64,000 bases of DNA from an uncultured bacterium (GTDB taxonomy: Bacteria > Cyanobacteriota > Cyanobacteriia > Cyanobacteriales > Chroococcidiopsidaceae): positions 13,149-77,148 of the forward strand of contig CAXUIG010000002.1 of the NCBI GenBank assembly GCA_964250845.1, given 5' to 3'. Below the pieces are notes generated by a model that saw only the letters and a program-made list of their open reading frames with translations, did not search any database and was not told the DNA's origin. Made by a program: the position numbers and the translations under genes. Each line of letters opens with the position of its first letter. Positions within the stretch are counted from its first letter, which is position 1. Shown here piece after piece: positions 15,001-22,300 of this stretch.

Positions 15001-15034
15001 GCGAAAGTTCAGCTACAAATTGCTTGATATTCAC
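1..15034 (-). CDS. Non-ribosomal peptide synthetase. N-terminus is complete; C-terminus runs off the left window edge (at least 5011 codons). Domains: TubC-like dock-C-A(Pro-like)-T / C-A(Thr)-T / C*(DCL-like)-A(Ile/Val-like)-T / C-A(unassigned, acidic pocket)-T-E / C(DCL)...
   Basis: Absent from the ORF track because there is no in-frame stop inside the window. I translated the minus strand from GTG at 15034 (GGAGG at 15045-15049): VNIKQFVAELSQQGVKLWVEGEQLRVNAPKGVLTPETRDLL... (docking-domain-like), then LPLSFAQEQLW and HHIVFDGWS (C). T-domain cores: FFELGGHS near 11810 and 5370, FFALGGDSIRSIQV near 8560-8600, FFELGGDSILSIQ near 2160. E domain: HHLVVDGVSW near 1600 and EGHGRE near 1190. The next C starts IEEIYPLSPMQQGMLF near 560, with HHLLLDGWS near 150. 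Hand-read 10-residue A-domain codes: DVQFIAHAVK, DFWNIGMVHK, DAFFLGVTFK, DAENIGAITK. Confidence 0.93.
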   Translation of the reverse strand, partial: MNIKQFVAELSQQGVKLWVEGEQLRVNAPKGVLTPETRDLLVKYKAELILLLHQKNAIATATDLHPIKAERPQNLPLSFAQEQLWLLNQLEPDNPFYNEQAALKLHGYLNVVALEQSLNKIIARHEALRTNFRTINEQPVQVIADSLTLSVPVVDLTELLESERKIVCQQLATAEATRPFDLASSPLIRASVVKLTEVEHVLLLTIHHIVFDGWSMGVLMQELGTIYSALCNKLSPELPELPIQYADFAIWQRQSLQTEALQTQLDYWKQLLKNAPTLLELPTDRPRPAIQTFRGALQSVELSIELSEALANFTRQEGATLFMTLFAAFVTLLYRYTGSDDIVVGTPIAKRDHLELEGLIGFLVNTLVLRTDLSGNPSFQQLLNRVRQLTLQAYAHPDLPFEELVKVLQPQRDLSHTPLFQVMFVLENAPISEVELTGLTVSPLATERTTAKFDLTLFIKKTSTGLVGVWQYNTDLFDASTIERMAGHFVTLLEGIIANPIQQISQLPLLTQVEQQQLLVEWNNTQADYPQDKCIHQLFEEQVERTPNAVAVEFENQQLTYYQLNCRANQLAHYLKSLGVGADVLVGVCVERSLEMVVGLLGILKAGGAYVPLDPEYPTERLSFMLEDAQVSVLLTQQSLLDRLPQHKPHLVCLDIDWQLISQLSQENPTTGVQANNLAYIIYTSGSTGQPKGVAMNQLALCNLILWHLENMKISRGAKTLQFAPISFDVSFQEIFSTWCSGGTLFLIGEELRRDASALLGFIQEQAVERLFLPFVALQQLAEAYVGSESVTSNLREIITAGEQLQITPAISHWLSQLTNCTLHNHYGPSESHAVTTFTLTNSVENWPLLPPIGRPIANTQIYILDKYLQPVPIGVPGELHISGTPLARGYFNRPELTKQKFIPNPFSNYPHSRLYQTGDKARYLSDGNIEYLGRIDNQVKIRGFRIELGEVEAVLSQHGDVQASCIIAREDTPGDKRLVAYVVAHQDCTPTISELRQFLKAKLPDYMVPQAFVILESLPLTPSGKVNRRALPTPNLHSERKDKFVASRNPIEEILSLIWAKVLKVEQVGIHDNFFELGGHSLLATQLISRVRTSLKVELPLRSLFTAPTVAEFSQNIQRLQQQDLELTSPPILARAKNAQSPLSFAQQRLWFLDQLQPNSPLYNLPIALRLVGTLNRAALEQSLRAIISRHEALRTNFVIVDGKPSQIIQIRTNWTLSIIDWQHLPTSEQEIATQQLAQQQAIQPFDLANQPLVRATLIVLSETEKVLLVCMHHVVSDAWSMGVFVQELAALYNAYSQGQPSPLAPLPIQYADFAIWQRQWLQGDVLQTQLSYWQQQLTNAPALLSLPTDRPRPAVQTFAGAYQKFVLSFDLTDGLTQLSQQQGVTLFMTLLAAFDTLLYRYTGQSDILVGSPIANRNRSEIEGLIGFFVNTLVMRTNLAGHPTFNELLLRVREIALGAYAHQDLPFEMLVEALQPQRDLGYTPLFQVMFALQNAPISEVELAGLTITSLPASGATAKFDLSLLMQNTADGLVGVWEYSTDLFDASTIERMTGHFVTLLEGIVANPMQRISQLPLLTQVEQHQLLVEWNSTQADYPFDKCIHQLFEEQVERTPDAVAVVFENRQLTYQQLNTRANQLAHYLKSLGVGAEVLLGLCVERSLEMLVGLLGILKAGGAYVPLDPDYPQDRLAYMLNDSQVSVLLTQEKLLTSLPEHGARVVCLDKDWEDISTESKDNLISGSTNDNLAYVIYTSGSTGQPKGTLVNHSNVVRLFAATNSWYNFNAQDVWTMFHSYAFDFSVWEIWGALLYGGRLVVVPYLVTRSPESFYQLLCQEKVTILNQTPSAFRQLIQAEQSQVTIGDLNLRLVIFGGEALELKSLQPWFERHGDRSPLLVNMYGITETTVHVTYRPLSKADLNGTASVIGRPIPDLQVYLLDEHLQPVPIGVPGEMYVGGAGVARGYLNRPELTAQRFISNPFDNSKFKIQNSKLYKTGDLARYLPNGELEYLGRIDNQVKIRGFRIELGEIEALLASHPAIWESVVVVREDEPGNKRLVAYVVPETEQSPTAAELRRFLKQKLPEYMVPSAFVQLEALPLTANGKVDRRALRAPDTARPELEDVFVAPSTPEEKILSAIWAKVLSVEQVGINDNFFALGGDSIRSIQVLSQAKEQGLSFSVQQLFQHQTIHELVQELKTQENDTTKLELTQPFSLISQTDKQQLPNGLEDAYPLAILQMGMIYHSEYSQDSAVYHDIFSFHLKTPLDVQLLQVAVQDLVNHHAVLRTSFELSNFSIPLQLVHQQVEVPLQMEDWCHLNHSEQEEALAAWFEAEKKRHFDWTHPPLVRFFVHRRTQETFNLALSFHHAILDGWSVASMMSELFKRYLSLLDKQVDYVSPQFSIAFRDFVALEQQAIASSETQRYWSEKLNDSTFTKLPRWSSIPTNTNITEIGVQEVTLSPEIFEGLKQLAQSAEVPLKSVLLAAHLRVLNFLSGESDVLTGLAANGRPEQSDGERVLGLFLNTLPFRLQLGGGTWIELVRQVFAAEREMLPHRRYPLAEIQRSLGGESLFETAFNFTHFHVYEQVLGLDNLQLVGGKFFEQTNFTFLAQFSVSPSSSEVGLNLKYDVCELCSEQINRISDYYIKVLAAMANQPQGRYELHSLVSLEERHQLLVEWNQTAVEYPKDKCIHQLFEAQVEQTPNETAVIFGDQHLTYAELNARANQLAHYLQTLGVRPEVLVGLCVERSLEMVVGMLGILKAGGAYVPLDPEYPQERLSFMLEDTQISVLLTQEKLVNKLPNHKACGIYLDTNWDLINQETQQNPTTNIKADNLAYVMYTSGSTGQPKGVSIVHRGVVRLVKQTDYVSFSAKDVIAQASNYAFDAATFEIWGALLQGARLVGVSKDLALAPKDFATFIQAQGISVLFLTTALFNQVAQEVPCAFNTVRELLFGGEAVDPKWVKEVLKNGAPQRLLHVYGPTENTTFTSWYLVQDVPEGATTIPIGRPISNTQIYVLDSQLQPVGVGVPGEVYIAGDGLAKEYLNRPELTQEKFIPNPFSNYPDSRLYKTGDKARYLSDGNIEYLGRIDNQVKIRGFRIELGEIETVLSQHGDVQVSCVIAREDTPGDKRLVAYVVAHQDCTPTISKLRQFLKAKLPEYMVPNAIVILESLPLTPNGKVDRRALPVPDLHSEQKDKYVASRNPIEEMLALLWAQVLKVERVGIHDNFFELGGHSLLATQLVSHIRNILKVELPLRELFARATVAELAHLIGQLQQQNLKLTSPPILPRAKNAELPLSFAQQRLWFLDQFESNSALYNIPLALRLVGTLRVTALEQSLHEIIVRHEALRTNFVIVDGKPSQIIYTETAWRMSVIDWQHLSTTEQEITSQQLVQRQAIQPFDLANQALITATLIVLSETEHVLLVCMHHVVSDGWSMGVFVQELAALYNAYSQGQPSPLAPLPIQYADFAIWQRHWLQGDVLQNQLSYWQQQLADAPALLSLPTDRPRPSVQTFAGAYQKFSLSVELTGRLTKLSQQQGVTLFMTLLAAFDTLLYRYTGQSDILVGSPIANRNRSEIEGLIGFFVNTLVMRTNLAGNPSFSELLSRVRFMAMDAYAHQDLPFEMLVEALQPQRDLSHTPLFQVMFALQNAPISEVELAGLTISSLPAESATAKFDLSLSMQNTTAGLVGVWEYSTDLFDPSTIERMTGHFQTLLEGIVANPRQRISQLPLLTQIEQHQLLVEWNDTQTDYLLDKCIHHLFEQQVQRTPDAVAVVFENQQLTYYQLNCRANQLAHYLQSLGVGADVLVGLCVERSLEMVVGLLGILKAGGAYVPLDPDYPQDRLSFMLEDAQVSVLLTQQHLIGGLPKHQAQLVCLDTDWLLVSKSSQNNLITEVQATNFAYVIYTSGSTGRPKGVLIPHGAIANHCCIIQQAYALVYSDRVLQFASINFDASLEQIFPTLMVGATLVLRTSDVWTLTSFQKIISDFGLTVVNLPTAYWQQLAQEWVKTQVLDGNSQLRLVIVGGDVMLPEYVALWQQSPMSCVRLLNAYGPTETTITATLFEILPQFSEEINLKKIPIGRPLPNKTVYILDRYLQAVPIGVPGELYIGGVGLAKGYLNRPELTTEKFILNPFSTNPHSRLYKTGDLARYLSDGNIEYLGRIDNQVKIRGFRIELGEIEAVLSQHGDLQASCVIAREETPGDKRLVAYVVPHQDYAPTISQLRQFLLHQLPTFMVPHAFVMLESLPLTANGKVDRRALPAPDSRGELEVSFVAPRNQIEEILAQIWAQVLRVEQVGIHDNFFELGGDSILSIQIISRAKQAGLQLTLKQLFAHQTIVELATVANIASVIQIEQGLVTGTLPLTPIQNYLFEQNLPEPHHFNQSFLLSVPSDLKPELLKQVLQQLLLQHDALRLRFTHSDSTWQQIHSAPTDNVAFSQIDLSALPESEQKTAIEAKATSLQASLNLSENLFEVAFFWLGVDKPARLLIVIHHLVVDGVSWRILLEDLQTAYQQLAKGKAIALPAKTTSFKDWSEKLTEYAQSEALKSEVAYWLNESRFAVLSIPVDYTQGVNTVASASTVSVSLNEAQTRALLQDVPKAYNTQINDVLLTALVLVLGKWINSSSVLFNLEGHGREDIIDGVDLSRTIGWFTTIFPVLVELKATENPADALKYIKEKLRAIPNKGIGYGLLRYLSQDEEIAAQLQAFPQAEISFNYLGQFDQLLNTSSWLQLASESAGDNQSVHGERSYLLDINSIITGERLQINWTYSTNVHQHATIEGLAQEFVKTLQGLIAHCSSPESGGYTPSDFSLVKLNQLELDQLLASLALKQGIDQSKCKNIEEIYPLSPMQQGMLFESLYAPDSGVYFEQLSCTLTGKLNVAAFEQAWQKVIAQHSILRTAFVWEQLTQPLQVVYRQVDVNLQTHDWRELSAQEQQQQLEIFLHSQRQQGFQLSQAPLMHLNLIQLSADSYQFIWSSHHLLLDGWSVPLVFKDLLYFYQVILQGETLPDQPTARSYLNYIAWLQKQD
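9072..9104. repeat. Heptanucleotide microsatellite AATTTTG x4 (plus a partial copy) inside the NRPS coding sequence.
   Basis: Perfect copies at 9072-9078, 9079-9085, 9086-9092 and 9093-9099. On the coding strand it encodes ...FDNSKFKIQNSKLYKTGD, in the loop just before A-domain core A7. Confidence 0.9.
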
Positions 15035-15124
15035 AGAATCATTACCTCCAGATTTTTACCTAATTCGTAATTCGTAATAGCCTACGGCAAAGCTTGTGCC
15101 TACGGAATCAAAAAGTATGTTTAC

Positions 15125-18100
15125 TCATATTGCGATTTCTTCTCTATCAATTGCACCTAAGTTTGTATCTGGTTGTGATTGTTTTTCTACCTTTGGCGCT
15201 ATGTCAGCTATTGTGGGAGATTCAAGCAAACTTTTTACAGATAATTGAACAGAAAAAGTCTTTCGTAATCGGGACATAACTTGAACAGCTATTACGGAAT
15301 CTCCTCCCAATTCAAAAAAGTTGTCATGGATTCCTACCTGTTTAATTCCCAACAATTCTTGCCAGATATCGGAAATTTTCTCTTCAAGCTCATTGCGGGG
15401 AGCTACATAGGAATTTGGAAAATCGGGTCTTGAGTGAAGTGTAGATAATTTTTCTGGCTGAAAGATATCCTGCTTTCTTTGTAATGGAATCTGTGATTTA
15501 TGGGCAGTCTCTTTTTGCCCAGAGTTTATGCTAAATGCGGCTGGTGCAGAAGCTTGAGCCATAATAATCTTATGCTCAAACGCTTCAGTTTCAGGAAAAG
15601 CGGCAACTTGAACAAAATCTTGGGCGCGTAGTGCTTCAAACCACTGCTCTTTGGTTATAAAAGGCTGACCTGGGGTGCGTCTTACATCGTCTAAAGGTTT
15701 CAACAGCAAACCCCAACTTATATCAAAGTCTATTTTCGGCTGCGTTATTTCCCACAGTAAGAGGAAGCCGCCAGGAGCTAATAAAGAGCGTACATGGTGG
15801 AGTGTTTGATCTATGTTCCGAGTTGCATGCAACACATTAGAAGCTATGACTACATCAAAGCTATACTTCTCAAACCCTTGCTCAATTGGAGACTTGTCTA
15901 TGTCTAGTAATCGATATTCAACAAATGGATAGTCGTTAAACTTTTGTTGCGCTTGAGTCAGGAAGCCGCTACCAATATCAGTAAAAGTATAGTTGGTTTG
16001 TTTGGATGGCAACACAGGTAATAATGCTTGCGTAGACATACCAGTACCCGCGCCGATTTCCAGAACTCTCAGGTGAACCGATGATGGTAATGACTTGACC
16101 ACTTGTTCCAAGCTGGAGCGCAAGATAGAGTTGTAGTAATTTAGTAATGCCAATTCTGAATTTGAACCGTTGTTTTCCGCTTGGTAAATCAGTTCGTTGA
16201 AAAACTCTAAGGGTTCTTGTTCACCAACAACAACAGCAGCTAAATTTTCGCCACAGCGCTGCACTAAATCTACTGTTAGAGATGTAGCAGCCAATCTCGC
16301 TCTGACTTCTTCTAAAAGTTCATTAATCAAATCTTGCGAACATGGCACTAGCCCAGTAAATAACCCCTCCTGTTGCTCTAGTTGTCCTTGCTCCACTAAT
16401 ATTTGCAACCATCTAGACAACAAGTGTTGATAGCGGGGAGTTATATGACATTGCTCTAACAAGTTCTCCAAAGAATACTTTTCTTCGGCATTGTTAAAAG
16501 CCCCTAACTGCTTGAGTCCAGAGTTGACGTATGCTGTAGATAAACGATCCAAAAACTGTCTGTTTTCCTGATAGTTTAACTCATTGAGTTCTATATTTCT
16601 AACACTTGCTTGCTTTTGACCTGCTTGTATAAGCAATGTCCACAATTGTGATGTTGTGGGTAAGGTTTGCAACTGCCTCCAAGCTGCTTTTTGTGGTGGT
16701 TCAATCCAATAACGTTGGCGCTCAAAGGGATAAGTCGGTAAGGGAAGACGATAATACTCCTCCTGACTATAGAATCCAAACCAATCTACCTTGACCCCAG
16801 CCAGCCAGAGTTGACCTAATGTAGTCAATAAAACACGATTATCCGATTGCTTTTCTTGAGGATGACGTACCGAAGTCAACACCGTTTGTGTGGCTGCTTT
16901 GTCTGGATGCCTTTTGGCTAATGTAGTCAGTGTGTGTCTTGGCCCCACCTCTAGTAAGATTTGCTCAGGTGTTGTCAATAATTTCTCTACACCTTGGGCA
17001 AACAGCACTGTGGAACGCAGATGTTGAGCGTAATAGTCAGGATTGGTGGCTTGCGTGACTGTAATCCAAGTACCAGTCAGGTTGGAGATATAAGGAATTT
17101 TTGGCGGATTTAAGGTAACTTTTTTGACTCGCTCGACAAATGCCTCTAAGATTGGTTCCATCATTTCCGAGTGGAAGGCATGGTTCGTATGCAGAAGGTG
17201 GCATTCAATACTTTGAGCAGCAAGCTGATTTTGGAGTGCATGTACTGCTGCTATGGAGCCGGAAACTACACACTGCAAGGGTTGATTAATTGCTGCTAGA
17301 GAAAGTTCTGGCCCTAATAGGGATTTTACCCTGTCTGCGGGCAGGGGAACAGAAAGCATTGCTCCACTCTCGAGTTGCTGCATCATCTGTCCGCGTGCTG
17401 CTACCAGAGATAAGGCATCTTCTAGGGAAAAAACTCCTGCTAGAGTTGCTGCTACATATTCGCCAATACCGTGACCGATCGCAGCCACAGGATGCACTTC
17501 CCATGACTGCCATAATTTAGCTAGCGCGTACTCAATCACAAAAAGAGTAGGCTGAGCGATCGCTGTTTGTTGAAGTTGCTTCGATGCTTCATCAATCTTT
17601 TCCTCACTGGGGTAGAGAATATGACGTAAATCAAGCTCTAGTAGGGGTTGGAGAATTTCTGAGCAATAATCAACTTGTTCTCGAAATACTGTCTCAGTCT
17701 GGTATATTTCCCGCGCCATGTTGACATACTGAGAACCTTGACCGGGAAACATAAAGACAACAGACCGTTCTGTAATTTCTGTATAATTGGTAAAAACTTG
17801 TTTTGACTCTAAGCTACTGAGAGCTTTAACAGCATCTTCTAATTCGTGACAAATTAACATCCGTCGATGATTAAAACCCCGGCGACCACTACTGAGGGTA
17901 TAAGCTACATCGCCTAAGTTAAGTTCTGGATGCTGTTTTAAATGCGTGATTAAATTAGCTGTTGCCTCCTCAAGAGCATTCGCGCTTTTAGCTGAAAGTA
18001 CCAACAATTGATAATTTCTCCCCTGCTCCCCTGCACAAGATCTCCCCTGCTCTAATACAGGGGCTTCTTCTAAAATTACGTGAGCATTAGTACCCCCGAT

Positions 18101-19387
18101 ACCAAAAGAACTAACCCCAGCACGGCGAGGGGTGTTATTTGTTTTCCATTCAGTCAGAGTTGTATTAACGTAAAAAGGACTGTTGGCAAAATCAATTTTA
18201 GGATTAGGTGTCTCGAAGTGCAAACTAGGAGGCAGCATTCTATGTTGCAGTGCTAATACAGTTTTAATCAAACCTGTTACACCTGCTGCTGTATCCAAAT
18301 GTCCAAAGTTAGTTTTTACCGAACCAATAGCGCAGAAGCCTTTTTTATCAGTACTTTGAGTAAAAGCTTGAGTTAACGCTGCGATTTCAATAGGATCTCC
18401 TATAGGTGTAGCGGTGCCATGAGCTTCGATATAGGAAATTGTTTCGGCATCTACACCAGCTAAAACTTGAGCCTCGCCAATGACTGCTGCTTGACCACTG
18501 ACACTGGGAGCAGTGTAGCCCACTTTCATTGCACCATCATTATTGATCGCCGAGCCTTTAATAATTGCATAGATGTGATCGCGATCTGCGATCGCATCCT
18601 TTAATCTTTTCAAAACAACAATACCGACACCGCTACCGGCAACAGTTCCTTGTGCTTGAGCATCAAAAGTACGGCAGTGTCCATCGGGAGAGAGAATCAT
18701 CTCCGGTTGATGCAAATAACCTGTTTTTTGGGGAATGATGATAGAAACTCCACCAGCTAAAGCCATGTCACATTCACAATTTAATAGACTTTGACAAGCT
18801 AAGTGAACAGCGACCAAAGAAGTAGAACAGGCACTTTGCACATTCACTGCTGGCCCAGTCAAGTTGAGTTTATAAGCAACTCGTGTGGGTAAAAAATCTT
18901 TATCGTTGGAGATTCCTAATTGGAGAGGATCAACTGTCTCTAATAATTGATGATGAGGATAGAGATTATTGAGAAAATAACTATTCATCCCCACACCAGC
19001 ATAAACCCCTATTAAACCATTGTATGTTTGTGGGTCATAACCAGCTTTTTCTATAGCTGACCAAGCCAATTCTAAAAATATGCGTTGTTGCGGATCTATT
19101 AACTCAGCTTCTTTCGCGCTATAAGCAAAGAAATTTGCATCCAACAATTCAATATCTGATAGAACAGCACTAGCTTTTACATAATTAGAATGACTCAGCA
19201 AATCTTGAGAAATGCCAGATTCTAACAATTCTTCATTCGTAAACTGAGATATAGATTCTACCCCATCCCGTAAATTCTGCCAAAAAGACTCATTATCTTT
19301 GGCTCCTGGAAACCGACCAGCAATAGCAATTATTGCTATTTCAGAATTATTAAACTCATTATTATTATTCACAAAATTTGTTGTCAT
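15125..19387 (-). CDS. Type I polyketide synthase module KS-AT-cMT-T (no KR). The AT active-site Ser is replaced by Gly.
   Basis: ORF track, 1420 aa. KS: VQSACSTSLVAVH, EAHGTAT, NFGHLD. AT: GQGSQ, GHGIGE (in place of GHSxGE), HAFH (malonyl-type). cMT: LRVLEIGAGTG. Carrier: FFELGGDSVIAVQV. The start ATG overlaps the upstream NRPS stop (ATGA at 19384-19387). Confidence 0.95.
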   Translation of the reverse strand: MTTNFVNNNNEFNNSEIAIIAIAGRFPGAKDNESFWQNLRDGVESISQFTNEELLESGISQDLLSHSNYVKASAVLSDIELLDANFFAYSAKEAELIDPQQRIFLELAWSAIEKAGYDPQTYNGLIGVYAGVGMNSYFLNNLYPHHQLLETVDPLQLGISNDKDFLPTRVAYKLNLTGPAVNVQSACSTSLVAVHLACQSLLNCECDMALAGGVSIIIPQKTGYLHQPEMILSPDGHCRTFDAQAQGTVAGSGVGIVVLKRLKDAIADRDHIYAIIKGSAINNDGAMKVGYTAPSVSGQAAVIGEAQVLAGVDAETISYIEAHGTATPIGDPIEIAALTQAFTQSTDKKGFCAIGSVKTNFGHLDTAAGVTGLIKTVLALQHRMLPPSLHFETPNPKIDFANSPFYVNTTLTEWKTNNTPRRAGVSSFGIGGTNAHVILEEAPVLEQGRSCAGEQGRNYQLLVLSAKSANALEEATANLITHLKQHPELNLGDVAYTLSSGRRGFNHRRMLICHELEDAVKALSSLESKQVFTNYTEITERSVVFMFPGQGSQYVNMAREIYQTETVFREQVDYCSEILQPLLELDLRHILYPSEEKIDEASKQLQQTAIAQPTLFVIEYALAKLWQSWEVHPVAAIGHGIGEYVAATLAGVFSLEDALSLVAARGQMMQQLESGAMLSVPLPADRVKSLLGPELSLAAINQPLQCVVSGSIAAVHALQNQLAAQSIECHLLHTNHAFHSEMMEPILEAFVERVKKVTLNPPKIPYISNLTGTWITVTQATNPDYYAQHLRSTVLFAQGVEKLLTTPEQILLEVGPRHTLTTLAKRHPDKAATQTVLTSVRHPQEKQSDNRVLLTTLGQLWLAGVKVDWFGFYSQEEYYRLPLPTYPFERQRYWIEPPQKAAWRQLQTLPTTSQLWTLLIQAGQKQASVRNIELNELNYQENRQFLDRLSTAYVNSGLKQLGAFNNAEEKYSLENLLEQCHITPRYQHLLSRWLQILVEQGQLEQQEGLFTGLVPCSQDLINELLEEVRARLAATSLTVDLVQRCGENLAAVVVGEQEPLEFFNELIYQAENNGSNSELALLNYYNSILRSSLEQVVKSLPSSVHLRVLEIGAGTGMSTQALLPVLPSKQTNYTFTDIGSGFLTQAQQKFNDYPFVEYRLLDIDKSPIEQGFEKYSFDVVIASNVLHATRNIDQTLHHVRSLLAPGGFLLLWEITQPKIDFDISWGLLLKPLDDVRRTPGQPFITKEQWFEALRAQDFVQVAAFPETEAFEHKIIMAQASAPAAFSINSGQKETAHKSQIPLQRKQDIFQPEKLSTLHSRPDFPNSYVAPRNELEEKISDIWQELLGIKQVGIHDNFFELGGDSVIAVQVMSRLRKTFSVQLSVKSLLESPTIADIAPKVEKQSQPDTNLGAIDREEIAI
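18017..18063. repeat. Small G-rich dispersed repeat inserted in frame in the KS-AT linker.
   Basis: tctcccctgctcccctgcacaagatctcccctgctctaatacagggg. The 17-nt core tgctcccctgcacaaga (18024-18040) is identical to 27461-27477. It encodes ...EQGRSCAGEQGRN... Confidence 0.7.
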
Positions 19388-22300
19388 TTTTCACCTTTTC
19401 TTTGAGAAAGATACTGTTGCCTAAGTTGTAATTGTTGGTTCCTGAAAGCTTTACTCTCACTAGTAGATTGAGTACGAAAATTATTTTTCTTGATTGGATA
19501 TTCTGTTTCGTTATTTCCTGTTTGGATTTTACTACTCAAAAATTGGCTCAAGTTATGTATATTTGGGTAATTAAACATATCAACTATTGACAGTTCTAAA
19601 CCAAATATTTCTTGTAATTGCTGATTAATCCGTACCAGTAGTAACGAATGACCGCCTAGTTCAAAGAAATTATTATAAATTCCCACCTTTTCTACTTCCA
19701 GTGCTTTTTGCCAAATGCCAGCAATGATTCTTTCTACTTCTGTATTTGGCATTACATAATCTGATAGTTCCTGATGTAAATCAGGGTCAGGCAGAGCACG
19801 ACGGTCTAGTTTGCCATTAGGTGTCAGGGGTAAGGACTCCAGTATCACAAAAGCAGTTGGCACCATATACCCAGGCAGTTTATTGGAAAGGAACTGACGC
19901 AGTTCGCTGGTTGTGGCTGTCACCTCTTTTTGCGGTACTACGTAGGCGACTAAACGCTTATTACCTGAAGTTTCTTCACGGGCAATGACACAACATATCT
20001 GCACATCACCATGTTGGCTCAGTACTGTTTCAATTTCTCCCACCTCGATGCGGAAGCCCCGAATTTTTACCTGATTGTCGATGCGTCCCAGGTATTCAAT
20101 GTTGCCATCCGCTAAATAGCGTGCTAAATCCCCAGTTTTGTAGAGGCGACCAGAGCAAAAGGGGTTGGTAATGAATCTTTCCTGAGTTAGTTCTGGACGG
20201 TTGAGGTAGCCTCTTGCTAACCCAACACCACCGATGTGCAACTCTCCTGGCACACCCACAGGCACTAGTTGCAAATACTCGTCTAAAATGTAAATTTGCG
20301 TGTTGGCGATCGCTCGTCCAATAGAGATTTTCTCGTCGCCATCAGTGCATTTTGCGATTGTGGCACAGACAGTAGCTTCTGTTGGCCCGTAGGCGTTGAA
20401 AAAGTCTCTGTTAGCAGACCACTGCCTGATGAGTTCAACAGAACAAGCTTCTCCGGCTACAATCATAGTCTGCAATGCCGGAAGTTCCTCAATAGGCATA
20501 ACTGCCAGTGCTGATGGTGGTAGCGTGATATGCGTAATACAATAATTGCGTAATCGCTCAATTAACGGTATGCCAGGCAGTAGAGAGTCTTTTGTTCCCA
20601 GGTAAAGTGTTGCCCCTGACCCCAAAGCCATCACAACTTCCCAGATAGAAGCATCAAAACTGAGTGAGGCAAACTGGAGAACGCGACTTGAGGAATGCAA
20701 GCCAAAAGTCTGGATTTGAGCTTGAGCTAAGTTGCACAGTCCGGTATGCTCAACCATCACACCCTTGGGTTTGCCGGTAGATCCTGATGTGTAAATTACA
20801 TTAGCCAGATGAAAAGCTCTGACTTTACTGACGGGATTATCTTGATTGTTGTGGATAATTTGTTCCCATACCTCATCCAAACAGACAAGGTTGGCTTGAT
20901 CCTCAGGCAGTTTGTCAACAAGTCGCTGTTGAGTCAGCAGTACTGAAACTTGAGCATCTTCTAACATGAAGCTCAAACGTTCTTGGGGATACTCAGGATC
21001 GAGTGGCACATAAGCGCCACCCGCCTTAAGAATTCCCAAAAGTCCTATCACCATTAAGAGCGATCGCTCCAGACACAACCCGACCAGCTGATCTGGTTTT
21101 ACACCGAAAGAGCGCAAGTAATGCGCCAACTGATTAGCACGACAATTCAACTGCTGGTAGGTCAGTTGTTGATTTTCAAACACAACTGCTACAGCATGGG
21201 GGGTGCGTTGAACCTGCTCCTCAAACAACTGATGGATACATTTATTCTGGGGATAGTCTGCTATATCATTCCACTCAACGAGTAACTGCTGTTGCTCAGG
21301 TTGTGTCAACAGAGGCAATTGAGAAATTCGCTCTTTGGGATTAGTAACAATACCTTCAAGCAATGTCACAAAATGACCCGTCATTCGCTCAATCGTAGAT
21401 GCATCAAACAAGTCAGTGTTATATGCCCACCACCCCACTAGTCCAGTAGCAGTGTTCTCCATTGCTAAAGTCAAATCAAACTTTGCCGTTGTGCTTGCTG
21501 TCATCAATGGAGTGACACTTAACCCAGTCAACTCTACTTGAGGCATGGGCGAATTTTCAAGGACAAACATCACCTGGAACAGTGGTGTGTGGCCCAGATC
21601 CCGTTCTGGCTGCAATGCTTCCACCAGCATTTCAAAAGGCAAGTCCTGATGAGAGTATGCATCCATCGCCATTTCTCGAACGCGACCCAGTAATTCGCTA
21701 AAGCTAGGATTGCCTGCCAAGTTGGTACGCATCACTAAAGTGTTGACAAAAAAGCCAATTAACCCTTCGATTTCACTGCGATTGCGATTTGCGATCGGCG
21801 AACCAACTAAAATGTCTGATTGTCCTGTGTAGCGGTAAAGTAGGGTATCAAACGCTGCCAACAGCGTCATGAACAAAGTAACTCCTTGTTGCTGGCTCAG
21901 TTGTATAAGCCTACCAGTTAGCTCAAGTGAAAGTGCAAACTTTTGATATGCCCCACAGAAAGTCTGCACAGCTGGTCTAGGTCGGTCAGCTGGTAGCGAC
22001 AATAAAGCTGGTGCGTTTGCCAGTTGTTGTTGCCAATAGGTCAGTTGGCTTTGCAGTACATCTCCTTGCAACCACTGTCGCTGCCAGATGGCGAAATCTG
22101 CGTACTGAATCGGCAGTGGCGCTAACGGTGAGGGCTGACCTTGAGAATAAGCATTGTACAGCGCCGCTAGTTCTTGGACAAACACACCCATTGACCAACC
22201 ATCAGAGACAATGTGATGCATACACACTAACAAAACGTATTTTGTCTCATTCAGTACTACTAATGTCGCCCTGACTAATGCAAGTCTAGCTAGGTCAAAT

